From an uncultured Phycisphaerales bacterium (GTDB lineage Bacteria > Planctomycetota > Phycisphaerae > Tepidisphaerales > Tepidisphaeraceae): a stretch of DNA of 64,000 nt. Location: positions 1,216,001 to 1,280,000 of the forward strand of contig CAVWLP010000003.1 of NCBI GenBank assembly GCA_963755915.1. The letters are read 5' to 3'. Both the position numbers and the translations under genes were made by a program. Below the pieces are notes generated by a model. It did no database searches. It worked only from the letters and a program-made list of their open reading frames with translations, and was not told the DNA's origin. This document shows positions 1 to 11,596 of the stretch, piece after piece. Position 1 is the first letter of the stretch. Each line of letters begins with the position of its first letter.

Positions 1-13
1 ACTTGTCGGGCGG

Positions 14-1042
14 ATGCAAGAAGAAGAGGCTATTTCGCGATCGAGGGTGCAGGATCTGGGAGAGCTTCGGCGGTTTTTGGTGGAGGGATTTGGGGCCAAT
101 GAGTCGGCGGATTGTTTTGATGAGCGGGTACTGCATTGGAAATATTTTTTGCCGATTGGGGGGAGCGGCGAGTCGCGAAGCTTGATCGTGCGGCATGAGG
201 GGAAGATCGTGGGGCATATCGGGATGTGCCCGCGGGAATTTTATGTGCCGGGGAAGGGGCGGATTTCGACGGTGCATTTTATCGATTGGCTGGCGTCGCG
301 CGAGCATCCGCTGGTGGGGGTGACGCTGATGATGCAGGGTTGCGAGACGGCGCAGACGCAATATGGGATCGGCGGCAGCGCGCAGGGGCGGGCGATGCTG
401 AAACAACTGGGGTATGAGCAAGTCGGGTCGGTTGGGGATTATGTTCGGGTGATTTCGCCGGGATATCGATTGCGGAAACGCGGGGGCGTGCGGAAATATG
501 CGGCTGCGATGCGCGATGCGGGACGTATGCTGCTGCGGCGCGTAGCGGCGCCTTCAACGGAATTTGGACTGGAAAAAGTGGAGCGGTTCACAGAAGCAAT
601 CGAACCGCTGACCCGTGTCGAATCGGGTTGCATCTACCCAATACGGACGCGGGAGCTGCTGAACTATTATCTTCAGTTTCCGCTGGGCAATATCAGCGGA
701 TGGACGATCTGCGAGAAGAACCATCCCATCGGCTCTGCGCTGCTGGGAGTATTTATGGATGAAGGCGTGCGCGCGGGGCGGATCATCGAGTGTTTTCCGG
801 CACCCGCGGCGCGGGAGAACTGGCATGCAGTGGTTTGGGCGCTGGTGCGGGAGCTGAAATCTCGGGATGTGGAGATTATTTCGTGTTACGCGTCTTCGCC
901 GTGGCTGCGGGAGGGGCTGGAGGAATGCGGGTTTTATTTGCAGAGGGAGCTGCCGCTGGTGGTGCGGGATCCGCAGGGGCTTTTGCCGGGGGGGTTGCCG
1001 TTTCATATGACGCGGCTGGAGGGGGATTATGCGTATCTCTAA
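14..1042 (+). CDS. GNAT-like N-acetyltransferase, probably associated with a polysaccharide locus
   Basis: 342 aa ORF. 'LHWKYF', 'IVGHIG' and 'IDWLASREH' resemble EPS-locus GNAT proteins. Overlaps the downstream deacetylase. Confidence 0.6.
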   Translation: MQEEEAISRSRVQDLGELRRFLVEGFGANESADCFDERVLHWKYFLPIGGSGESRSLIVRHEGKIVGHIGMCPREFYVPGKGRISTVHFIDWLASREHPLVGVTLMMQGCETAQTQYGIGGSAQGRAMLKQLGYEQVGSVGDYVRVISPGYRLRKRGGVRKYAAAMRDAGRMLLRRVAAPSTEFGLEKVERFTEAIEPLTRVESGCIYPIRTRELLNYYLQFPLGNISGWTICEKNHPIGSALLGVFMDEGVRAGRIIECFPAPAARENWHAVVWALVRELKSRDVEIISCYASSPWLREGLEECGFYLQRELPLVVRDPQGLLPGGLPFHMTRLEGDYAYL

Positions 1043-2104
1043 GCGGCGGCGGCTGGCGAGGATGCTGGCGGCGACGGGGGTTTTGCGCGGGATCGAGCGG
1101 CTCTTACCGCGCAGGGGCGTTGTGATCTGGAATTATCATCGGATTGGATCGGCGGACGGAAATCCATTCGATGATGGGGTTTTTTCGGCGACGGCGGAGG
1201 AACTTGGGAAACATTTGAAATACCTCAAGCAAAACTTTCGCCTGATCACGATGGGGGAATTCTTGCGGAGCGTGGAGACGGGATATCGAGATTGGGGCGG
1301 AGCGGCGGCAATGGTGACGTTTGATGATGGGTATCGGGATAATTTCGAGTTGGCGCTGCCGGTGCTGAGGGAAGCGGGCGTTTCCGCTGCGTTTTTTCTT
1401 CCGACGGAATTTCTTGAAAGCCGGAAATTGCCGTGGTGGGATCGGATTGCGTATGGGATTAAAAAGACTCAGGTGGATCGGATTTCGCTCGATTATCCGG
1501 TGAGAGTGGAGATTGATTTGCGCGCGGAGACAACGCCCCCTCCCCGACCCTCCCCCGGAGTACCGGGGGCGGGGGAAATAATTGGAGCGGCGATTCAGCG
1601 GGTTATTGGGATTTATAAATCGGCGGCGGCGATGGACGATGGGCGATTTTTCGCTTCGTTGGAATCGGCGGCGAAAGTCGAGGTGGATGAGATCGGACTT
1701 GCACGGGGACTTTTTATGGATTGGGAGCAGGCGCGGAAACTGGTGGCGGCGGGGATGAGCATTGGGGCGCATACGCACACGCATCCAATTTTGTGCGGCT
1801 TGGGGAATCGCGGCAGCGATGGGAACTTGTTGAGTCCAAAAGGATTCTGGAGGACCGGCTAAACCTTAAGATCAATGCGTTTGCGTATCCGGTGGGAAGC
1901 ATCGGAGCGTTTTCGGAGACGACCAAAAGGCTGGTACGGGAGTGCGGGTATCGGGCGGCGTTTTCGTTTTACGGCGGGATAAATTTTCCGGGGACAACCG
2001 ACGCGATGGATGTGCGTCGTTGTGCGGTGGATGCGACGGATGAATTCGACGAGCTTCGGGCGCGGGCGGTTTTTCTGAGCGCGTTTGGGAAGTCTGTGGT
2101 GTGA
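1029..2104 (+). CDS. Polysaccharide deacetylase (NodB/CE4), frameshift near 1794
   Basis: Motifs NYHRI, TFDDGYRDN and GAHTHTHPIL in ORF 1029..1862. The C-terminus (ELVESKRIL...FAYPVG) continues in ORF 1721..2104. Confidence 0.85.
1535..1576. repeat. REP-like palindrome, CCCTCCCCCGGAGTACCGGGGG family, in-frame inside the deacetylase
   Basis: Hairpin CCCTCCCCCGG-AGTA-CCGGGGGCGGG, translated as PPPRPSPGVPGAGE. Related copies at 51790-51862 and 62044-62080. Confidence 0.75.
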
Positions 2105-2209
2105 ATTGTGCGGTGGCAAATTGGTGAAGATGGCGTGGTTGTGCGGGGGGGATTGGGGTAATGAAAATCAGTCGGAATATTCGTGATTTGGAAACAATCG
2201 GGTGGTAGA

Positions 2210-4964
2210 TTGCGGGTCACTTTGCGGAAAACGAAACGGGCGAAAATTCGAGGAGTTTGCGGGGTGATTGCGCTGGCGGCTGCTGCCGGCGCGGCGGGGA
2301 TTGCGCGGGCAGGAGTGGGATGGGTATGCGGAGAACGCGCAGCACACGGCGTTGTCGGTGATTGGGTCGCAGCCGCTTCAGACGGTGCATTGGAGTGTGC
2401 CGGTGGATTTGGATCCGCAGTATACGAACGGGGTTTTGTATACGCATTACGGGTCGCCGGTGATAACCAATGACGATACGGTGATTGTGCCGGTGAAGAC
2501 GGGGGCCTGGGGCGGTTATGAGCTGAATGCGTATCAGTACAACGGGACGACGGCGAACGAGTTGTGGAGCCAGTCGACGAACTACACGCTGCCGGCGACG
2601 GGGAATTACGATTGGACACCGCCATATTCGCCGTCGCTTTCGGGGAACACTTTGTATTACGCGGGGGATGGGGGGACGGTGTATGAGCGGGGGAATCTGG
2701 ACAGCGCGGGGGCGACGACGCCAACGCAGGTGGCGTTTTACGGGTCGCTGTCGACGTATCAGGCGAATGAGGCGGCGTATAATGCGGACGTTTCGATCTG
2801 TACGCCGATCACGACGGATTCGGCTGGGGATGTTTATTTCGGGTATGAGACGACGAGCAATGCGCCTGGGGGATTGACGAGCGGGATTGCGCGGATCAGC
2901 GCGAGCGGGGTGGGGACATTTTTTCCAGCGGATCAATTGATGTCGGGGGGTGTTAATGCGGGGATGAACCAGGTGGTGATGAACTGCGCGCCGGCGCTGA
3001 GCAACAATGGAAGCAGCGTTTATGTGGCGATGAGCAACGGGAATTTCGGGACGGGGTATCTGGTGGAGTTGAATTCGACGACGCTGGCGCAAGAGGCGAG
3101 CGTGGAGCTGATGGATCCGAAGACGGGGACACCGGCGGAGCTGCCAAACGATGGGACGGCGTCGCCACTGATCGGGCCGGATGGGCAGGTTTATTTGGGG
3201 GTGTACGATGATAAGAATACGAGCCGGGGGTGGATGGAGCATTACAGCGCGAATTTGTCGCAGACGCTCACACCGGGGGGATTTGGGTGGGACGACACGG
3301 CGTCGATCGTGCCGGCGTCGATGGTGCCGTCGTATCACGGGACGTCGAGCTACCTGATCATGACGAAGTACAACAATTACGCGAGCACGGGGGGGAATGG
3401 GGAGAATGAGCTGGCGGTTTTGGATCCGAATGTTGGCGTGACCGATACTCGGTACAACACGACGGGAGCAGGCGGGGCGACGATCATGCAGACGGTGGAG
3501 ACGGTGCTGGGGCCAACGCCGGATACGGCGATTCTCAGCGAGTATCCGAATGCGGTGGATGAATGGTGTGATAACACGGCGGTGGTGGATCCGGCGACGG
3601 ATTCGGTGCTGGTGAACAGCGAGGATGGGAATCTTTACCGGTGGAATTTGCAGACGAATTCGCTGACGCAGGTGGTGAATATCACGAATGGGGTTGGGGA
3701 GGCGTATACGCCGACGGTTGTGGGGCCGGATGGGACGGTGTATGCGATAAACAATGCGACGCTGTGGGCGGTGGGGGCGAGTTCGAGCACGACGGTTTAT
3801 TCGACGTGGTATTCTTCCGTCGGGGGAAGCTGGGGCGGGAGCAACTGGAGCGCGGCTACGCCGGGGAATGCGGGGGATAATGTGACGTTTGATACGTCGA
3901 TTTCGGGGGCGAGCGTGGTGACGCTGGATGGGAACCGGACGGTAGGGGTGATGAATTTTTACGGCCCGGTTTCATATACGATCGCCCAGGGATCGGGGGG
4001 GACGCTGACGTTTAATAATGGGGCGAGCGGGGCACAGATCAATGATTGTTATGGGAATCATACGATTTCCGCGCCGGTGAGCCTGGCGGGGACGACGACG
4101 ATCGCGGTGGAAGAGACAGGGAATGTGCTGACGATATCGGGAAATATTTCGGGGGCGGGGGGAATTGTGCTGGGGAATACTTCCAGCGCGGTGAGCGCGG
4201 GGAGCGTGGTGCTGACGGGGTCGAATAATTATGCGGGAGGGACGACGGTTACCGGAGGAACGCTGATCGTCGGCGCGAACGGGGCGCTGGCGAATGGGAA
4301 TGTGGCGATCAGCGGAGGGATGGTGCAACTGGGGCAGGGGACGGGGCTGGCGAAGATGACTTCGCTGAGCATCAGCGGCAACGGAGTGCTTGGGGGCGTG
4401 CTGGATATCGTGAATAATCATACGATTATTTCGTATGGGGCGAGCGATCCGGTGGCGGCGATCGAGGGGTATATTCAGTCGGGGTATAACAATGGCGGGT
4501 GGAACGGGCCGGGGATTATTTCTTCGGCGGCGCAGACACTGACCAATGGGCTGCAATATGGCGTGGGGTGGGCGGATGGGGCAGATGGGGTTGTGGCGGG
4601 GATTTCTTCGGGGCAGATTGAAGTGAAATATACGCTGCTGGGAGATGCGAACCTGGATGGGGTGGTGAATGGTTCGGACTTCAGCATCGTGGCGGCGAAT
4701 TTTGGGCTGGGACATACGAACTGGGACCAGGGGGATTTTCTGTTCACCAGTTCGGTGAATGGGGCGGATTTCAGTGCGCTGGCGACGAATTTTGGGCAGG
4801 GGGACAATGGGGCGGATGCGGGAGTGACGGCGGCGGACGTGACGGCGCTGGATGCGTTTGCGGCAGCAAATGGGCTGCTGGCGGATGTGCCGGAGCCGGG
4901 GTGCGCGGCGCTGGCGGTTGCCTTGGGGCTGGGGGCGCTGGGGCGGAGAAAGCGGCGAACGTAG
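2210..4964 (+). CDS. PEP-CTERM surface protein: beta-propeller-like N-domain, autotransporter-type beta-strand repeats, dockerin-like cassette; frameshift near 2308
   Basis: The signal peptide (RKTKRAKIRGVCGVIALAAAAGAAGIARA) is in the frame of ORF 2183 and the mature part is in ORF 2268..4964. Contains LTGSNNYAGGTTVTGGTL and GDANLDGVVNGSDF, and ends VPEPG + TM + RRKRR. Confidence 0.85.
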
Positions 4965-5070
4965 AATAATTCGCCGACTCTTTTTTTGAGATTCCCGAAT
5001 TTTTTGTGGCTGTGAGATTGAAGCGGCGGTTATAGTGGGCTCCTTAACTAATTCGTGGAAAGGAAGCCTT

Positions 5071-5751
5071 ATGAGCAGGTGGGCAGAGAATTGCGAATTT
5101 GGCGTTATTTTTTCGGATGAAATTGGACGGGCGGGGGGGAAAGTCACTGAGGCGATTGACTGCGAGGGGAAGCTGTTTGCGCGGTCGGTGCTGCGGCGGG
5201 CGGCGGATGTGGGGCCGGGGGATAAAGTCCGCGGGGGAGTGGCGATGATGGCATCGGGGACGGACGTTTTTGTGCATCCTTACGTGTTTCGGAAGGTGTG
5301 CTCGAACGGGGCGATCATGGGGACAGCGATTCAGACGCGGCAGATTTCGCGGGATAATTGGTTTTTGGATCCGCAGTGCGAGGGGGACCTGGAGACGAGC
5401 GTTCGCGGGGCGATCCGTGGGTGCTGCGAGCCGGAGGCTTTCCGGGCGGCGGTGGGCGGGATGCGCTCGGTGCGCGAGACGGCGGCGGATATGGCGCTGA
5501 TGGTGGCGGCACAGTTTGGAGGGCCGCAGAAGAGCCGTGCGAGAGCGCTGCCGAAATCGCTTTGGGGGGAGATCATGCGGAGATATGAGGAAGACAGGGA
5601 TTCATCGGCGTATGGGGTGATGAACGCGGTGACGTCGGTGGCGCGGGATACGGGCGATCCGGAGACAAAGTGGCGGCTGGAGGAGTTGGGGGGAGGGATT
5701 GCAATGATGGTGAGGAAGAACGTGAGAAGGTGCGAAAGTGTGAAGGTGTGA
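5071..5751 (+). CDS. DUF932-like hypothetical protein
   Basis: RBS AAGGAAG before ATG 5071. 'PYVFRKVCSNGAI' and 'AYGVMNAVT' resemble the DUF932 family. Confidence 0.55.
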   Translation: MSRWAENCEFGVIFSDEIGRAGGKVTEAIDCEGKLFARSVLRRAADVGPGDKVRGGVAMMASGTDVFVHPYVFRKVCSNGAIMGTAIQTRQISRDNWFLDPQCEGDLETSVRGAIRGCCEPEAFRAAVGGMRSVRETAADMALMVAAQFGGPQKSRARALPKSLWGEIMRRYEEDRDSSAYGVMNAVTSVARDTGDPETKWRLEELGGGIAMMVRKNVRRCESVKV

Positions 5752-5759
5752 AAGGTGAA
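5722..5759. repeat. Short 8-bp tandem repeat GTGYGAAR
   Basis: GTGAGAAG GTGCGAAA GTGTGAAG GTGTGAAA. Confidence 0.6.
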
Positions 5760-5812
5760 GAATTCCTCACGGCGGCGCGGTTCGACTAAGCTCACCGAAG
5801 TCCGTGGGCGTT
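5760..5812. repeat. CCCACGG...CCGTGGG palindrome carrying the 24-bp micro-element (5779-5802)
   Basis: 48/53 identical to 62468-62520. Confidence 0.85.
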
Positions 5813-5826
5813 TCCATGCTTGCAAG

Positions 5827-5857
5827 AAAAAGCCCGCCGGGGAGGCGGGCTTTTTTT
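5827..5857. terminator. Bidirectional rho-independent terminator
   Basis: AAAAAGCCCGCC-GGGGA-GGCGGGCTTTTTTT between convergent genes. Confidence 0.9.
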
Positions 5858-5883
5858 GTTGGCGTATGTGTGGGGACCGGGGT

Positions 5884-8800
5884 TTAGTTTCGCCGGCGAC
5901 GTGCCAGCAAGCCGGCAGCGCCCATCGCCAGCAGCCCAAGCGTGGCCGGTTCCGGCACGGCGGCGATCGTCGGCGCGGGTAGCCCGTTGGCGGCCGCGAA
6001 GGCGTCGAGCGCCTGCACGTCTGCCGGCGTGACCGTCACGGCAGCGCCGCTGTCTCCCTGGCCGAAGTTGGCCGCCAAGGCGCTGAAGTCCGAACCGTTG
6101 ACCGACGAGCTATACAGGAAGTTCCCCTGGTCCCAGTTGGTGAGGCCGAGGCCGAAGTTGGCGGCCAGGATCGAGAAGTCGGAGCCGTTGACGGTGCCGT
6201 CGAGATTGGCGTCGCCAAGCAGCGTGTACTTCAGTTCGATCTCGCCGCTGCTGAGGCCGGCGACGGCGCCGGTCTTGTCGTTTCCGTCGGCCCAGCCGAT
6301 GCCGTATTTCAAGTTATTGGTGAGCGTCTGGGCAGTGCTGGAAATAATTCCGGTGGTTCCGTTCCAGCCACCGTTGTTGAAGCCGGCCTTGAGGTAGCCA
6401 AGAATCGTGCCGATCGGATCACTGCTGCCGTAGTCGATGAAGAGATGGTTGTTGGTGATGTCCAACACGCTGCCCGAGGCAATCGTCAGCGAGGTGATGT
6501 TGATGTTGCTGAGGTCATGGGTGGCGTTGTTTGCAACCCAGCCACTGCCAGCCGAGGTGTTGCTGGCGAAGACGACGTTGCCGCCGTTGATGGCCAGGCT
6601 GCTGGTGGTGAGGCCGACGCCGAGGGTAAGGGTGCTGGTGTTGCTCTTGGTGAATCCGCCGGTGGCGACAATCAGGCCGCCGCCGGTGATGGAGTAATTG
6701 CCGGAGCTGTTGACCGTGACCGAAGCGGGGCTGACGGTGCTGGCCAGGGTCACGAAGTAGTGACCGGCGTTGGTGTCGTTGAAGGTGACGGCGTCGCCAT
6801 TGGCATAGGTCGTCGCGGCTGAGCCGTTGTTCCAGTTCTTATTATTGTTGATGTCCCAGGTTTGGCCATCATCCGGCGTGCTGGAACCGAGGTTGTCCCA
6901 GAAGACGGGGCCGGTTGAGCTGCCGGCGGAGACGACGAGATCGACGAATCCGTTCTGGGCGGTGGTGCTGAGGGAGTAAGTATATCCGGCCTGGGAGGGG
7001 AGGATGAAGTTGGTGAGAGTGGGAGTTCCAAAGGAGCCTTCGAAGAGCTCGTAATCGCCGACGGTGGTGGGATTGGTTCCGAAGGCGATTTGGGAGCCGG
7101 AGCCGACGGAGAGGGTCCCACCGGCGAGGATGTTGATGAGGTCGCCGGTGTAGTTACCGGCGACGACGGTAGTACCGAGGTCGAAGTCGAAGGTGGTGTT
7201 GCTGCTCGAGGCGATAGCGCCGACGTTGAGGAGGCCGATGGAACCAACACCGCCTGGGGCGATGGTGTGAGCGCCGGAGCCGGCGACGAGGGTTCCGGTG
7301 ATGGTTCCGCCGGTTGCGCCGGCGGGTGTGGCGAGGGTTCCGCCGTTGAGGGTGACGTTGCCGGTTCCGGTGGCGGAGCCGTTGGAGCCGTTGGCGGCGA
7401 TGAAGAGGCCTGAGGTGAGGGTTGTGCCGCCGGAATAGGTGTTAGCGCCGGAGATGGTCCAGGTTCCGGTGTTGTTGACGGCGAGGCCCGGGGTGGTTCC
7501 GTTGGAGATTACGCCGCTGATGGAGTTGCTGGCGGAAGTGCCGCCCAGGGTGAGGGTGGGCGTAGCCCCAGAGGAAGCGCCGGTGACGGGGCCGGCAAGT
7601 TGGACGGCGCCGCTACCCGTGATCGAGCTGTTGGACTGGACTTCGAGTTGATCGATGTTGGCGGTGAGAGTTGGGGCAACGGGAGTGGCGACGGCGGCGG
7701 GGTTGCCGATCCCGAATCCGCCGACGGTGTAGGAGCCGACGGTTGGGGCGGTGGTGTAACCGGAGCCGGGGAGAAGAGCGACGGCGCCGACGGCGGTGAA
7801 GTCGTCCTGGTTGGCGGTGACGGCCACGCCAGAGCCGGAGGAGTCGGTGACGGTGATAGTGGGTATGCCCCAATAACCGACGCCGGGGTTGGTGATGTTG
7901 AAGCCGGTGATGGCGCCACTGGAGACGATAGCGGTTGCGGTAGCGCCGGTACCACCGCCGCCGGAGATGGTGACGGTTGGCGTGGAGGAATAATTGGATC
8001 CGCCGCTGCCGGCGGCGATGGTGAAGGTGTTGTTGGTGAGACCGAGCAGGAGCTTGAGGTTAGCGCCGGTGCCGGTGCCACCGGAGACGGCTTCGAGATC
8101 GTCTGGGATTCCGGAGCCGCCGCTCGTGACGGTGTAGCTCTGGACGCCGGTGGCGATGGAGGCGGCGGTGGAGGTGTTGCTGTTGACGAGGTTTCCGCCG
8201 TTGAGGACGACGATCTTGTTGAGAGATTGACCGTTAAGATCGAGCGTTCCGCCGCTGGTGACGACGGCGTTTCCGCCGCCGCTGCCGACGATTTGGCCAC
8301 CGAAGCCGAGTGCGTTGGCGCTACCGACCTGGAGAGTGCCTGAACCGATGTTGGTAGCGCCGGTATAGGTGTTGGAGCCGGAAAGGTTGACGACGCTGGA
8401 GGCGCCGCCGCTCTGCGAGACAGTTCCCGAGCCGCTGATGACGCTGGAGACGGACGTGTTTCCGCTGAGGTTGAAGATAAGTCCGCCGTTGTTGACGATG
8501 TTTCCGGATCCGATGGAGCCGGTGGATCCGTTACCGACGCGGAGGTTACCGGCGTTGATGATTGTGCCGCCGGAGTAGGAGTTGCTGGAAGAGGTGAGGA
8601 CGAGGTCCCCCGCTCCGACCTTGGTGAGTGAGCCGACGCCACCGATGGCGGAACCGACGGCGATGGTGTTGGTTTCGGTATCGATCGTTCCACCGCCCGA
8701 GTTGATGGTGACGGAGCGGGAAACGGAGGGGGTGAACGCGCCACCGAACTGGAGGGTTCCACCGCCGAAGGTGATGGGGTTGGAGGTTGATCCGAGGTTG

Positions 8801-11380
8801 TCGTCGGCGGTGACGGTGGCGATTCCCTGGTTGAGGTTCAAGCCGCCGGAGAGGCCAGCGTTGTTGCCGCTGAGGGTGAGATCGCCGGGGCCGAAGGTGG
8901 TGAGGCCGCCGGTGCCGGTAATTTTTGCGGAGATGGTTGGGCTTCCGTTGCTGGAGTAGACGACGCCTTCAGCGCCGCCGAAGGCGAGAGCACCGTTGCC
9001 GGCGGAGTCTTCGATGGCCGCGCCATTGAGGATGATTCCGGCCTGTCCGGAGCCGCCGCCGACGGTGAGGGTGTTGCCTTCGAGGTCGATATTGAAACCG
9101 TTGTTTTGGATGGCATAGGCGGATTCAGGGCCGGCGAGAGCGACGGCAGCGGCGGGCTGGTAGACCGAAGTCGCGCCGAAGGAGGAGGTGTAAAGGGAAG
9201 CGGCGGAATTGAGTCCGGTGGTGTTGTTGTAGGTGAGGAAATCGCCGTCGGAGTTGCCCGCATTATCGCCGACGATGGAGGGGTTGACGATTCCGTTGGT
9301 GGTTGAGACACCGCCCTGGACGATGATCTGCATGGTTCCGCTGGTCCCGAGATTGGAGGCGAGGGTTGCGCCGGAGCCGTTGACGTAAAAGACGAGGGTT
9401 CCGTTTCCGGAGCGGCTGAGGACGGAGTTAGATGCTGCGCCCGAGCCGCCGATGGTGACGGTTTCGCTGGGGTTGCTGCCGTTCTTCACGCCGATGACGG
9501 CTCCGCCCGCGTAGGAGAGCTGGGTGGAGGAGGAGGCGTTGGCCAGTGCGTAAGCGATGGCCATCGTCGCGTTGTTGGGATTGAGAAAGAGGGTTGCGCC
9601 GCTGAGGGTGACGGCGCCGCTGCTGAGGGGGCTGCCGCTGGCGGCCATGTTGGCGAGGAGCGTAACGCCGTTGGTGATCGTGGTTCCGCCAGTGTAGGCC
9701 ATGGCGGTGCCGCCGAAAGTGACGGTGCCCGGGTTGGCGACGTAAACGGCGGAGATTCCCGTACCGGAGGTGGCAGCGTTGGTCGAGGGGGTATAGATGG
9801 TGGCGCCGCTTTCGTCGTCAAGACTGTCGTTGACGACAACGGCCGCTCCCGGAGCGGGGGTGAAGGAGAAGCTGGGAGCAAAGAGGTCGTTGGTTTGATT
9901 TCCGGAGGTGATCGTGCCGGAAGTAACAACGACGGCTCCGGTGGAAGCGCTGGAACCATTGAGGTTGAAGGTTCCGCCGTCGACGAGGACGGTGTTCTGG
10001 CCCTGGAGGTTGTCGCCGAGGGAGCCGAGGAGTTTCAGAGCCCTGCTGGACCTCGATGGGACCGGTGAAGGTTTCGTTGTTGGGGGCCGTGCCGTTATCT
10101 TCGAATTTGATGACTCCGGGCCCGGTTTTGATGATACCGCCGGTGCCGGAGATCACGCCTTCGAGCTGAATGTCGGTGGAGGTGGTTCCTGATTGGGTCG
10201 AGTAGAAAGTGCGGTTGACGGAGCCGAGGTCGATGGTTTTCTCATCGGACATGCTGAAGGTGGCGGTGGTGGAGTTGACGAAGAGGAGGCCGTCGGTGCC
10301 CGAGGGGCCGGTGCCTTCGAGGCCGACGCCGCCTTTGAACTTGGGGTCGCCGCTGTCGGAGACGACGCTATCGGAGCCGACGAGGATGAGGCCGAAGCCG
10401 CTCTGGGTGATGAGGTTGATGGAGCTGAGGCTGCTGGACTCGGTGAACATCCCGCCAGGGAGATCGGTGAGGGACTGGATGCTGGGGAAGGTTGAGGCGG
10501 GATAGGGGTTTCCGTTGTAGAACGGCTGAGAGAGGCTGGTGGCGACGCTGTAGTCGAAGTTGGGCGCGTCGGCGTTGTCACCGACGACGACACTGACGTT
10601 GGGCGAAATGCCGGTGGCGGTGGCGATATTGACCGTGCCGTTTTCGACGGTGAGGGTGCCGGTGTTGGTGCTGGCGGTGGCGGATTCGAACTGCCATTCG
10701 CCCGCGCCGGTTTTGATCATGTTGATCGCGGAGGCGGCGCCATTGACGATGGGCGCGAGGAACTGGTTGCTGGTGGAAGTAGAGGACCCGGTGAGATAGA
10801 CGGTCGGGGTCACGGTAGTTCCGGCGGAGATCTGGCCCTGAATCTTGAGGCCGGTGGTGGAGGAGTCGTTTTCGAAGACGAAGTTGGAAGCGCCATTGGC
10901 GGCTTCGAGAACGATGGGGTCGTTGATGGTGATGGAGTTTGCGGCACTCACGCTGGAAGTGACGTAAATGTCTCCGGTGCTGGGGGAAATGGTCCCGGTC
11001 CCGCCGGTGAGTTCGAGATTGTTGCCGGAGTCGGCGACTTGCCCGATGGTAAAGTTGGTGGCGCCGCCGGAGAATTCGACGGTTCCGAGGTCCCAGTTGC
11101 CGACGTCGAGGTTGACGACGTTGGAGCCAGGCGTGCTGTTGAAGATTGCGGTATCGGTGTTGGTGATGGAGCCGGTGTCGTTGCCGGGGACGGCGCTGTT
11201 CCAGTTGCCGACCTGTGACCAGTTGTTGCCGGCGCCGGCGTCAGTCCAGGTGGCGGTGGTGACGGCCAGAGCGTTTTTTGTATGGGTAAAAGAGACGGCG
11301 GCGGCAGCGACGGCGGCGGCGGTTGAGATGGCGCGCGCGCGGCGAGAATGACCTTTTTGCTGAAGATAGAACTTCCGCAT
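5884..11380 (-). CDS. Giant (~1830 aa) PEP-CTERM protein with autotransporter-associated beta-strand repeats and dockerin-like cassette; frameshift near 10040
   Basis: Signal peptide MRKFY...[11 protein letters not shown]...ALA. Many 'NTYSGGTT' repeats. The downstream frame is open from about 10040 into ORF 5884..9702. Ends [24 protein letters not shown]. Confidence 0.85.
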
Positions 11381-11536
11381 GGAACCCTCCACGTAGATAA
11401 AATTTGCTTAGATAGTTCTCCGACTCACTGACTCGAAATATACCCCTTGTGGGCGGGATCGCCTTGTCAAAAGCTTTGCATAAAAAGAGGGAATTCGTTG
11501 CATTTTTTGGGGGCAACAAAGATTAAAAGGGCCAAT

Positions 11537-11570
11537 AAAAGGGGCGTGCGCTGGAGGATTCGCGCACGCC
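11537..11570 (-). terminator. Putative terminator after the pseudopilin gene
   Basis: Stem GGCGTGCG/CGCACGCC, followed on the minus strand by CCTTTTATT. Confidence 0.55.
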
Positions 11571-11596
11571 GGAAAATCAGAGGAGTTTATTGCGGA

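Noticed and set aside
11430-11470. Sigma70 promoter TTGACA...TATATT for the giant PEP-CTERM gene
   Set aside because: The spacer is 22 bp, too long for a confident call.
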